The notes beneath the pieces were generated by a model, which was not told the origin of the DNA, searched no databases, and saw only the letters and a program-made list of their open reading frames with translations. DNA of 64,000 nucleotides from an uncultured bacterium. Lineage in GTDB: Bacteria; Verrucomicrobiota; Verrucomicrobiia; Limisphaerales; UBA8199. The stretch is from NCBI GenBank assembly GCA_963749495.1, contig CAVVMW010000004.1, positions 864,183 to 928,182 on the forward strand, given 5' to 3'. Below are positions 1 to 8,986 of this stretch, one piece after another (position 1 is the stretch's first letter; the number at the start of each line of letters is the position of its first letter). Position numbers and translations under genes: made by a program.

Positions 1-693
1 CGGGGCGTTCGGGAATAGCTTCATTGCCTCATCATAGATGCGGCCAGTCTCGGCGATGGATTGTTCACCGCGGAAGCAGCGGCCGGCAGCATACCAGTGG
101 GCGAAATTGGTGAAGGCTTGGGGTGTGGGGTCGTATTTTCGCAGGAAGGCAATTCCATGGGTGGATATGGGGAAACGGGTAAAGACCAAGGGGAATTCCG
201 AGCGCCAGAGTGACCAAAGCGAGGGCACGCCCTGTGATTGGTTGAAGGCGAGCCGCATTTCCGCGCGTGCGTGAACGCAGGCTGCCGCCGTGTCATAGTC
301 CTCGGCTTTGATGAGGAGATCCGCCTTCTCACGAAGGTGGGCGTCCTCGACGGCCAGGAGTCGGCATTGAGCAGCTTTCTCAGCAGCCTGCTCTTCGCGG
401 AGTTCCTGAATCTCAGCGTGTCGAGCATTCCAGATTTCCCAATCGCGGTTGCTGCGATAAAGAACGGTGTGGTGGCGGCCTGAGCAGGTCCAGAGGCAGA
501 CGCCTTCGCGAAATTCGAGAAAGGCCATGCGGAGGGGGATCGAGATTATTCCCGGCACCTGTTCTGTTGGCGCCTCAGATTCGTGGATTCGCTGGCCGTA
601 AACTTGGTAAAACTCCCGGAGGGCGTCGTCGTCCAGATTCGTGGACCAGATAAACGGGAGGCCAGCGACAGCGATTCTCTCACGGACGTTCAT
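1..693 (-). CDS. Hypothetical protein, runs off the left edge (MNVRERIAVAGLPFIWSTNLDDDALREFY...)
   Basis: Manual translation: ATG at 693 opens a stop-free frame to position 1. Absent from the ORF track because it has no stop in the window. No family recognised. Confidence 0.65.
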   Translation of the reverse strand, partial: MNVRERIAVAGLPFIWSTNLDDDALREFYQVYGQRIHESEAPTEQVPGIISIPLRMAFLEFREGVCLWTCSGRHHTVLYRSNRDWEIWNARHAEIQELREEQAAEKAAQCRLLAVEDAHLREKADLLIKAEDYDTAAACVHARAEMRLAFNQSQGVPSLWSLWRSEFPLVFTRFPISTHGIAFLRKYDPTPQAFTNFAHWYAAGRCFRGEQSIAETGRIYDEAMKLFPNAP

Positions 694-881
694 TCGGTCG
701 CTATGTTAACCCAATAATGCACAGCCGGTCAAACGTTGGCACAGCACATGCCCTAGGTGCGGATGAATCCGTGCAGAAATCCGCGCGCCTTTGAGCTGGC
801 CCTCTCGCCTTTGGCAACAAGCCACGGCTTCGTCGGAAAATCGCGTAAAGTATTGTTGGTCAAGGGAGTGTAAGATTTTGC

Positions 882-1466
882 GGAAAGGGGTCGGAAAGGG
901 GTCGGAAAGGGGTCGGTGAAGACTATTGACATTAACACAAGGCCGCCCTTTCAAAGCGCCCAGTCAACGAAGGATCTGGCTGCGCCTGGACCGACTCCTG
1001 GGCGAATGGGGCATTCCCACGGACAATCCGGCGGGGCGGAGACAGTTTTCGCGGTTGGTGCGGCAGCGCCTTCGCCAGGAGCCGCCCCAGACCGATTGGA
1101 AGGCGGTTGAGCGGGGTTGGTGTCTGGGCGACAAAGAGTTCAACGAGCAGTTGCTGGCGCAGATGTACGGGCGGCCGGGCGGTCATTACGGGCCGGAGCT
1201 GCGCGAGGGCGATGAATTGCATGCGCAGCGCTTGGCATTGGAGGAATTGCGGCGGAGGGGCTGGGGGCAGCAGGAGTTGGTGCGGCGGCGCAAGGGCGAC
1301 CCGCAGAAGCTGCGGATAGCCTGGCGGCTGCTGCGCGAGAGCACGATGACCTTGAAATGGATTGCGCAGCGCCTTAAAATGGGCACTTGGACGCACGTGT
1401 CCAATTGCCTGGTGTTAAAGCGGAGAGCAGATGAAAAGTGCAAATAGTTTTGACCGACCCCTTTTC
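882..1466 (+). mobile_element. Internally deleted RAYT-like (REP-associated tyrosine transposase) element
   Basis: Left arm GGAAAGGGGTCGGTGAAGACTATTGACA (preceded by tandem GGAAAGGGGTC) and inverted right arm TGCAAATAGTTTTGACCGACCCCTTTTC flank a transposase C-terminal fragment. Confidence 0.65.
926..1447 (+). pseudogene. C-terminal half of a RAYT-like Y1 transposase; catalytic HUH domain absent
   Basis: KAPSQRRIWLRLDRLLGEWGIP...RGWCLG...RKGDPQKLRIAWRLLRESTMTLKWIAQRLKMG resembles the C-terminal/HTH region of verrucomicrobial RAYT-like proteins. No HUH motif is present. Confidence 0.7.
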
Positions 1467-1824
1467 ACCGCCCGCCCCTGCACCCCGGAGACCGACGCCA
1501 ACCCTCACCGCTACGAGGACCTGCCTCCGATTGCCGAACAGGTGGCGGCCTAAGCCAAATCCCCGGCATGGCCGGGTTCGTTTGCGCTCGCGAACCCGGA
1601 CGACCCTCTCCCCTCTCGTGTCCCCAAGGGCCATGAGCCGACCCTTCAGCCCGTGCGGATTCATCTTGGGCCTGGCCCCGGGCGCTGTATCATGCAGTCA
1701 GTTCTGACGAAAACCGAAATGTCGCTCTCAAAACCCAACTGGCGGAATGTCAACGTGCCTGCAGGAACCCTCCTTGACTACCTAAACTCGAGCTTTCGCG
1801 GGAACAATTCTGCCCTCCCAGACT

Positions 1825-1853
1825 TGGAAAAGGGGTCGGAACGTAGTATTGAC
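1825..1853 (+). repeat. Third copy of the RAYT-associated arm (GGAAAAGGGGTCGGAACGTAGTATTGACA)
   Basis: Direct similarity to the arm at about 903-931. Confidence 0.7.
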
Positions 1854-1990
1854 AACTCTTGAAGGTGAATTCCGCCATTTTCACATGTTCCCGCTTTTTG
1901 GTTCCTCCGGCCGCGATTTTCGCCGGCGCGAAAGCTTCGCTGCCGCATCAACCCATGAGGGCCTGAACCGCCCGACAAACATGGTGGACG

Positions 1991-2038
1991 GGATTCGCGA
2001 ATGTCGTCGAGCAAGAGCTGCGCCGGGCGCTTAGACAT
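1991..2038 (-). pseudogene. HepT/DUF86 toxin, only the first ~16 codons (MSKRPAQLLLDDIRES)
   Basis: Typical HEPN-toxin N-terminus whose ATG overlaps the end of the upstream MNT gene. Similarity is lost after about 16 aa. Confidence 0.6.
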
Positions 2039-2323
2039 AAATCAGATCAGCTTCGATGAGCTGCCAGCGATTTGGTTTCACGGCACGCCGAGAGCCCAAA
2101 TCGAACTCGAAGCGTGGAGCCGACGTTCCAATTCCTCTGCCAGGCTGACGAAACCCAGCCCGATTGAGGGGTCCACCTCGACCAAAACGTCCACGTCGCT
2201 CCGGTCAGTCTGCTCGTTGCGGGCGTAGGAGCCGAAGAGAGCCAGGCTTTGCACCTGGAATCGCTCTTGGAGTTCGGCTTTCGCGGCCGCCAGGCCGCCC
2301 AATATTTCTTCCCGCGTCTTCAT
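2031..2323 (-). CDS. MntA-type minimal nucleotidyltransferase antitoxin (apparent frameshift near 2095-2110)
   Basis: LFGSYARNEQTDRSDVDVLVE (GSx10DxD) motif. A shifted frame gives the expected end RRAVKPNRWQLIEADLIYV*. Confidence 0.85.
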
Positions 2324-2436
2324 CCGTTAATCGGAAGCCAACAGCAGCGTCGCAGCACACCCCAAGAATAGCAAGGAGGCCCTGTGGGTTCAAGGCACTG
2401 CACGCACCCCGAATCCTCGGCTAAGCAGATCTTATG

Positions 2437-2506
2437 AAACCGCGGAATGCGCGGAATACGCGGAAAACAACGGGCTTTCCGCGTATTCCGCGTATTCGGC
2501 GGTTCT
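2437..2506. repeat. Inverted array of 9-nt units (CGCGGAATA ... TATTCCGCG)
   Basis: aaccgcggaatgcgcggaatacgcggaaa ... tttccgcgtattccgcgtattcggcggtt. Confidence 0.8.
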
Positions 2507-2674
2507 CTTCCTTTGCTCGATTGGCCTCCTAAACCAAGACCGCTTCACGTGCACCCGGCCCACCTCCCCCTGTACCCGAAGCTCGATTTTACCGAGCTGG
2601 CATCGACTTCCACCGTGTCAAACAAAAACCGTGCCCGCAAAAATCCCCCGATTTTACCGGCGCCGTGGCGCGTT

Positions 2675-3481
2675 GCCGAGTGGAGGCGGGCAGTTGCCTG
2701 CCCGCCCCCCTCTGAGAACCGTACGTGAAAGTTTCCCTTCATTCCGGCTCAAGCCCTCATAAGGTCAGCGCAATCGAATTGAACTTTTTGGCCGACCCAC
2801 GGGCAAACGGGCGAGCAAACCTCGCACATCCGTAAACCCGCTTGGCGATACTGGCGTGCGGTCGTAATGCGCCGTGCTCCTTGGGGAGACGGCACCCAGA
2901 GCGCATCAACCGGCGAGCGCCGGTCGTCATTTGCAGTTCTGGTGGGTAACGATTCCTCATGCGTTCTTGCCATTTCAGACCAGACCGACGTGGGCATATC
3001 CAGCGCATTCCCGCTGGCGTTGGCTTCTTCGGTCATCCCAATGCTGCGCCCCCTGACCCGCCTTGCGGTGAGGTCTGCCCGGTCGCGTAACCGGGCGGGG
3101 TTGGCAGCGTTTCCATGTTCTGCAACGTTCACAGGATGATTTAGGTCCGCCCTATACACCGGCAACGCGAGGTTCGCGTCGGGGTACGCAACAGCCCCCG
3201 AACCTGGTTGCTTGCCTTTTGGCCCAAGCCTTAACCAGCCTCTTTTGGCTTGACAACAATCACGATGCTTGCGGGCGTTCATTTGGTTTTGACCATGTCA
3301 TCCGATTCTAGTGCTCCCCCGGATTGAGGCTCCCAGGTTTGCTCCATTGTCCGGAAGGCTTCAGACCCCAAGACGCAGCGCGTCTGGCGCCTGCTTCCGT
3401 AGAATACCTGTGGCGAAACACAGGGCTTAATCATGAACTATTCATGTTTTTTGCAGTAAACGTTGCAACTTCACGTCGCGG
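2675..3481 (-). ncRNA. ORF-less group II intron (IIB / chloroplast-like appearance), about 807 nt
   Basis: Minus strand: 5' end CCGCGACGTGAAGTTGCAACG. Domain V GAGCCGGAATGAAGGGAAACTTTCACGTACGGTTC at about 2717-2750. Domain VI GGGGGCGGGCAGGCAACTGCCCGCCTCCACTC with a bulged A, ending GGC. EBS1 hairpin at 3180-3200. No RT ORF. Confidence 0.9.
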
Positions 3482-3553
3482 GTTGCGGGTCGTGTTGCGG
3501 GTCTGACTCAAAAATCCACCGGTTCCATGCGCCTTGTAGCACTGTTGCGGGTC
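3482..3553 (-). repeat. GACCCGCAACA repeat cluster forming the intron 5' flank and target
   Basis: Three copies on the minus strand; the third is split by the intron (GACCCGCAAC|A). Confidence 0.75.
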
Positions 3554-3626
3554 CATACCCCCCGCCCCCTAGACCAGCCGGTCAGGAGAACGGCTTCGGC
3601 GGAAAAACCTTGTAAACCTCACCCGA

Positions 3627-3765
3627 ACGAATGACGAATGACGAATGGCGAATGACGAATGACGAATGACGAATGACGAATGACGAATGACGAATGACGA
3701 ATGACGAATGAACAACCGCAAGGTCTTCCTTTCGTCATTCGTCATTCGTCATTCGTCATTTCATT
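3627..3765. repeat. Inverted heptamer array (GAATGAC)n ... (GTCATTC)n
   Basis: About 11 units followed by about 4 inverted units. Confidence 0.95.
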
Positions 3766-3768
3766 CTC

Positions 3769-6366
3769 CTAACGCACCTCACGCAACAGCCGGAAGATGA
3801 CTTCGTAGAGCCGCTTTAGGGTTTCATCGGGGACCTGGCTGACCACGCCGAGCGAGGCATTGGCAAACAACTCGGCGTCGCCCGAGAAGATCACCGTCCC
3901 TTTGCCGGCGCGTTTCAGGGAGAGCACCGGCTTTTGCCCGTCGGCAAATAGCAGACCGGTTCCTCCGATGGCGAGCCGGGCGTTTTGACCGGCGGCCACG
4001 AGTTGGCCGGCGGCGTTGGAGATGGATTGGCTCTGAGGCAGCGCCTCGGCCACGGCCAGGCCGAACATTCCCAGGATCTGGTTGGAGATCAACCGCTTGT
4101 TTGCGGGTGAATCGAGGATGAACAGAACCCCGCCCCGCTCGACAAAGCGCCGGAGCCGGCGCAGATCGGATTGTGAGGGAGAGCCCGACGGGTTGATCAT
4201 CACTATCCCGTCGTCCTGCCGGACCGAATCGGCGAGTTTAGCGCAGACCCGCGGGACAAACCCCACCCGCTGCACCCAAACGTAGAGCGTGCTGAAGTCC
4301 TGGATCGGGTCGTGGAACAAGGTTCGATCCGGCAGTTCGAAATGCGACCATTGCCGGTCGAAACAGATCGTCGGATAGCGGGTGTGCGGCGCCGGGGGTG
4401 GATAAGCGGCTCGATTGGCGGCGCCGACCAAGCCCACCCCGGCGAAAACGCCCACGGCGCAGGCTGCCAGGAGCATCGGAACCGATTCGGGCCATGGTCG
4501 CCGCCCGCGCCAGGCGCCCGCCGCCGCCAGGAGCAGCCCGAGGGCCGCAAACACCAGGGGCAACGCTGCGCAGGCATTCCGGCGGTTCAGCCAGTCGGTG
4601 CAACCCAGCATCAGTTCCGGCTTGCCGGGGATGAACATCCAGAAGTTCGAGAAAACCGTGCTGTCCGTGAAGGCCGCCACGCGTCCCCGCTTGAACTTCA
4701 CCGCGGCCAACTGGGGGAACAGGCCGAAGGTCACGCGCGGGTCGTCGGTCGCGGTGCTGAAGAAGGAGCGCGCCGAATAGTCATGGCCCGCGGTCCGGAG
4801 CGCGTATCCGTTCATGGGAATCCGGGCTCCCGGCGGGACCCGCAGCGTGCAGGAGGTGCCGAAGAGAAACGGCGGCAACCGTTGCACGATGGGATGCGGC
4901 AACAGGCGCGGCTTCTCGTAAAACGAGAGCCCGCCCGTGGACAGGTCGTAAGTGGCATCGTAGTTGTAGTGGAGCCCGAAGCGGTGGGCGATCGAGTTCA
5001 GGCACTTGCTCGTGCCGAAGACGTTCGTGTGATCGCCGATCAACAACAGCCCGCCGCCACGCTCGACAAACCGCTCGACAGCCTCGATTTCCTCCGGCGT
5101 GAAACCGGCCGTGGGCGTCTTGATGATGAGGATGTCGCACTCCGCCAGCAGGGCCGGCGTGATCCGGGACGTGTAATGCCGGACGCGGTAGTAATGTTCG
5201 AGAAAGTTCGCCAGGCAATAGTAGTTGTAGCCCGACTCCTCGCCGTACCATTCAGTATCGTATGGGCGGTCGATCTTCTCCCAGCCGCTATGCGTTTCAT
5301 CGATCAGCAGCCGGCCCGGCTTGGTTTGGCCGGGGTCCTCCCAACCCCAGGCCGCCACCAGGCAAAGGGCGGCCGCCGCGAAGGTCATGGCTCCCAGGGC
5401 CGCCCTTGGCCGCGCCGTTGCGCCCGGCGTTGGTGCCGTCGCGCAGGCGCCTTCCACCGCAGTCCATCGCGTGCCCATGCAGCCGGCGAACAGCGGCAGG
5501 TGGCTCAAGGCCAATATCCACGGACTCCAAAACAGCGAAAAAACGGGCAGGTCCAGGTAGAGCAGCGCCAGGAGGAAATACCGTGCCACGGCATAGGCCA
5601 GCGCCCACAGCACAAACAGCGTGAAGTGGCGCAACCGATGCCTCTCCTGGCAGAGCATTTGCCAGGCGGCAAACCCGCAAGCGGCGTTGGCCAGGAAAAA
5701 CCAGCCGAAGTATTCGCCGCTCATCGCATACTCCCGGACCTCCGAGCTGCCTTGCACGAACACCGTGCTTGACTCCCAGGCCGCATCATGGCCGAAGAGC
5801 TTGAACAGCACGCACACGACCGGCGCCAGGCCGGGAAGCTCATGAAACCGGCTGCCCAGGCTCATCAGCAGCGGCAGCAGCGCGCTCTGGAAAAGACAGA
5901 TTACCCCGGTCAGAATGATGCCGAAGGAAAAACCGGACCACCGGCGGCTCCAACGCGTCAGCCGCCAGAGCGCGACGCCGCCCAGAGTCAATGCGCCGCC
6001 GATGGAAACCGGATAGGGCGCAAAGACCACAACCACCAGGGCCCCCAGGCCATAACCGAGAGAGGCCTTGCCGGGGAGCGCCGGGGCGCTCTCCCGCAGG
6101 CAAAGGCCGATCAAGACGGCGCCCGCGGCGATCAGCAGCAGCCCAACCCGGCTCGAAGGATTGAAGACAGGGAGAAGCAACTGCCACCCGCTCACCTCCA
6201 GGAACAGCCCCAGCCAGAACAACTTCCTTTGGTTGGAGCTTGGCGCAATAGTATCCGGACACGAGGGTCGAGGGTCGAGGGGCGAGGGGCGGCCGTACGG
6301 CTCTCTCTGGACCCTCGACCCTCGACCCTTCGACGTGCCATTACATATGAACCGAGGTTTATTCAC
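3769..6366 (-). CDS. Large membrane protein B: multi-TM exosortase-like N-terminus plus two DUF4350/GATase-like domains
   Basis: Roughly 10 hydrophobic segments, then RLLIDETHSGWE, GGGLLLIGDHTN and GRVAAFTDSTVFSN, a TM pair and a second domain (FVERGGVLFILD, GTVIFSGDAELFAN). The GTG start at 6366 overlaps the upstream stop. Confidence 0.75.
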   Translation of the reverse strand: MNKPRFICNGTSKGRGSRVQREPYGRPSPLDPRPSCPDTIAPSSNQRKLFWLGLFLEVSGWQLLLPVFNPSSRVGLLLIAAGAVLIGLCLRESAPALPGKASLGYGLGALVVVVFAPYPVSIGGALTLGGVALWRLTRWSRRWSGFSFGIILTGVICLFQSALLPLLMSLGSRFHELPGLAPVVCVLFKLFGHDAAWESSTVFVQGSSEVREYAMSGEYFGWFFLANAACGFAAWQMLCQERHRLRHFTLFVLWALAYAVARYFLLALLYLDLPVFSLFWSPWILALSHLPLFAGCMGTRWTAVEGACATAPTPGATARPRAALGAMTFAAAALCLVAAWGWEDPGQTKPGRLLIDETHSGWEKIDRPYDTEWYGEESGYNYYCLANFLEHYYRVRHYTSRITPALLAECDILIIKTPTAGFTPEEIEAVERFVERGGGLLLIGDHTNVFGTSKCLNSIAHRFGLHYNYDATYDLSTGGLSFYEKPRLLPHPIVQRLPPFLFGTSCTLRVPPGARIPMNGYALRTAGHDYSARSFFSTATDDPRVTFGLFPQLAAVKFKRGRVAAFTDSTVFSNFWMFIPGKPELMLGCTDWLNRRNACAALPLVFAALGLLLAAAGAWRGRRPWPESVPMLLAACAVGVFAGVGLVGAANRAAYPPPAPHTRYPTICFDRQWSHFELPDRTLFHDPIQDFSTLYVWVQRVGFVPRVCAKLADSVRQDDGIVMINPSGSPSQSDLRRLRRFVERGGVLFILDSPANKRLISNQILGMFGLAVAEALPQSQSISNAAGQLVAAGQNARLAIGGTGLLFADGQKPVLSLKRAGKGTVIFSGDAELFANASLGVVSQVPDETLKRLYEVIFRLLREVR
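6263..6330. repeat. Inverted heptamer array (GAGGGTC)n ... (GACCCTC)n inside the CDS 5' end
   Basis: Translated as KGRGSRVQREPYGRPSPLDPRPS. Confidence 0.85.
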
Positions 6367-8944
6367 GCTCGGGAACCAGCTTTTGCAGAAACTGGATGTT
6401 TTCGAGGTTGAACGACTCAGCCATCTCAAGGTTCCGGTTCAAAAAGAACCTCGAATCACCCGCCAGGAAGACCTTCCCCCGCTGGCAGTGTCGGCACACG
6501 ATTAAGGGGTACTCCCCGCGTTGGCAGAGAACCTCCGTCCCGGCCGGGTCACTCGTGACAGGCCAGGCGTTAAGAAAGTGGATTTTGGCGCTATTGGTTT
6601 CAGGACCGATCGGCCCGAGCGGCAGATTCCTGAGTCGGAGACCGAACCGCTGCAACAGGTCCCGGCAAGCGGGGGCTTCTTCATACCCGGCGCAGATGAA
6701 GAGGCTGCCCCCCTCACGCACAAAGGCCTCATAGGCGCTGCGTTCGGCCGCTCGGAAGGCCCTGGCCGGCGCGACAAGGAACACGAGCCGGCTTTGCCGC
6801 AGCCACTGCGGGGAGAACCGCCGAGTGACCACCGGCAGGTAATGCTTTCGCATCAGGTTCTGGGCCAGCCCGCCCAGGCCATCGGGCATCCAGAGGTCCG
6901 GGGAACAGCGGCTCAGGTGCGAGCAGTCAATCAACGCTTCCCCTCCAACTGACGCGGCCGGCAGCGGGCGGGAACAGTGCCGGCCCGCCAGCACGGACAC
7001 TTCGTAGCCCGCGACAAAGCAGGCAAACAGGCCAATCCAAGCGGCGGACCACGATGCCCTCGTCCCGAGCCGAACCCAGAATACCGCGACGGCGGCGGCG
7101 GACAGGAGCAGGGAAAGCCCTTTGCCCCATCGTGGCTCCTTGAGCGAGAGCCACTCAAAGATGGCGCACACAAAGTCCGCGCTCAGCGGCAGAGCGCCGT
7201 TTTGGAAACTCGTGGTGTCGCCAAAAACCAGCACCTTGCCCCGCTGGTGCCGGGCGGTGGCGACCAGCACGACATCCCCGAGCCGCTCGTCATTCGAGCA
7301 TTGCCGGTCGCCCAAATAGCCATTGGCACGGTTCTGCAAATCGCCTTTGTCGGAAAAACCGTGCGGGCCAACCACCAGCGGCCATGCCGGCCAACCGACC
7401 GACAGCGACGCCCCAACGCTGATTTGAGCGTCCGCGGCCCAGTCCAATCCACAGGTCGTGTAGTGCTGGAAGCATTCCAGTCCCTCGGCCCACACCATCC
7501 GGCGCGGCATCGCGCAATCGAAATTGAACCCGATGTTCACCGGGGCCAGCAGGTCATTGAACGGTTCGCGGATTTCCGTCGTGCCGGTATGGTCCCCGAC
7601 CGCCAGCAGGCTGCCGCCGCGCGCCACAAAATCCCAAATCCTCCGCTTCTCCTCGGCCGGGAACTTCCGCATCAGGTTGAACACCACGAGCACGTCCGCA
7701 TTTTCCAAGGCCCCGGCCTTGAGCGGACCGCGCGCCGCCTGGCAGTGATGGCGCTCGAGAAACGGCCCCAGCAAACCGAACATCCCGCCGGCCATCCCGC
7801 CGTAGCGTCCGTACTGCGGCACCGACCAATCCAGCGTGCCATCGTCGTACAACAGCACGCGCGGTTGAACTCGAGGCTGGAACCAGGCCCAAAACCCATC
7901 CGAAAAGCTGAGCATCAACAGACTGCAAGCCGCGGCCAGCGCGGCAACCTTGCCCGCCGGCACCCGCCAACTCGGAGCGTGTCCGGAAAAGCGTGGCGCG
8001 GGCGTCTCGCCCGCGGCAGACAGGGGCGAGACGCCCCTGCCACTGGGATCTTCCGGACCCGCTCTCAGGGCCGCCAGGGCCGCGTGCCGCAAATGGATGG
8101 CCACCAGGACGAAGCCCGCCAGAAACAGCCCCAGTTGCGCGCCCCCGAGCATCACCCACGGCGAATCCAGCCGCCAGCGCAAGAGCCAATGGTGGAACAG
8201 GAGTTGATACGGCACCAACAGCGCAAGCTGCCCGCCCGCCAACCAGAACAACCAACGCGGCTCTTTCGGGCGCGACGCCGCGAAAATCGCGGCGTGGGCA
8301 ATCAGAAATAACAGGACTATCAACACGCCGGAATAGCTCGGGCCAAGCTCAATGCCCGGACGCGCCAGCAGCGAGCTGAACGCGCAGGTGAGCGACGAAA
8401 CCTTCTGGAGCCCGACAAACGCCGCAGGAAACATCTGCCGCGCGATCAGCCATAAGCCAATGCCGGCGGCCAGGAGCACCAGCACGTGCTGCACGGGGCC
8501 AGAGTCCCTGGATTCGGGAACAGATCGCAAGCAAGTCGAGCCCTGCGCACGGGCGACGGGGCCAGAGGCCCCCTCAACCGGCAGACCGGAGGTCTGCCGC
8601 ACGCTTCGAGGCTGCGCCTCGTTGGATCCCTCCTTTTCACCGCCCAGGATGAAGGGCAGCAGCAGCCCAAGAAAAACGCCAAAAACGGCGCAGACCCCGC
8701 CCAGGCGAAAGCTCAACAAAATGGGAACCAGCAGCGCCAGGGCGAGGCCACGCCGCAGCCAACCGGCAGCGGCGAAAACGGGCCGGAGGCCGGAGATCAG
8801 CACCGGCAAAAAAAGGACAAAGGCGGCATAATTCCGGCACGGCGCGCTCAGGCAGCCGATCTGCCCGGCGAGAAGGTTCAGGGCTAGCAGCAGGGTCCCG
8901 CAGTTTCTGATGGATTTCAATCGACTGCGCGGGGGTTGGAGCAT
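6359..8944 (-). CDS. Large membrane protein A, paralogous architecture to B (exosortase-like TM region plus two DUF4350-like domains)
   Basis: Multi-TM N-terminus with ELGPSYSG, then FVARGGSLLAVGDHT, GKVLVFGDTTSFQNG, FVREGGSLFICAGYE and GKVFLAGDSRFFLNRNLE. Confidence 0.75.
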   Translation of the reverse strand: MLQPPRSRLKSIRNCGTLLLALNLLAGQIGCLSAPCRNYAAFVLFLPVLISGLRPVFAAAGWLRRGLALALLVPILLSFRLGGVCAVFGVFLGLLLPFILGGEKEGSNEAQPRSVRQTSGLPVEGASGPVARAQGSTCLRSVPESRDSGPVQHVLVLLAAGIGLWLIARQMFPAAFVGLQKVSSLTCAFSSLLARPGIELGPSYSGVLIVLLFLIAHAAIFAASRPKEPRWLFWLAGGQLALLVPYQLLFHHWLLRWRLDSPWVMLGGAQLGLFLAGFVLVAIHLRHAALAALRAGPEDPSGRGVSPLSAAGETPAPRFSGHAPSWRVPAGKVAALAAACSLLMLSFSDGFWAWFQPRVQPRVLLYDDGTLDWSVPQYGRYGGMAGGMFGLLGPFLERHHCQAARGPLKAGALENADVLVVFNLMRKFPAEEKRRIWDFVARGGSLLAVGDHTGTTEIREPFNDLLAPVNIGFNFDCAMPRRMVWAEGLECFQHYTTCGLDWAADAQISVGASLSVGWPAWPLVVGPHGFSDKGDLQNRANGYLGDRQCSNDERLGDVVLVATARHQRGKVLVFGDTTSFQNGALPLSADFVCAIFEWLSLKEPRWGKGLSLLLSAAAVAVFWVRLGTRASWSAAWIGLFACFVAGYEVSVLAGRHCSRPLPAASVGGEALIDCSHLSRCSPDLWMPDGLGGLAQNLMRKHYLPVVTRRFSPQWLRQSRLVFLVAPARAFRAAERSAYEAFVREGGSLFICAGYEEAPACRDLLQRFGLRLRNLPLGPIGPETNSAKIHFLNAWPVTSDPAGTEVLCQRGEYPLIVCRHCQRGKVFLAGDSRFFLNRNLEMAESFNLENIQFLQKLVPERE
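7993..8043. repeat. REP-like palindrome inserted in frame in membrane protein A
   Basis: GTGGCGCGGGCGTCTCGCCC...GGGCGAGACGCCCCTGCCAC, 51 nt, translated SGRGVSPLSAAGETPAPR. Confidence 0.8.
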
Positions 8945-8986
8945 CCAGTATTGACGGCGTTTTGGACTGCGGTCCCGATACGAACG

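Noticed and set aside
694..760. Integron attC site before the edge ORF
   Set aside because: GTTAACA does not fit GTTRRRY, and no matching inverse core or integrase was seen.
1467..1824. Short gene-like remnants between RAYT arms (..NPHRYEDLPPIAEQVAA*, MQSVLTKTEMS..)
   Set aside because: Too short to assign to any family by eye.
2749..3282. 177-aa ORF inside the intron as an intron-encoded protein
   Set aside because: It has no RT or maturase motifs and overlaps structured domains I-III, so it is probably a chance frame.
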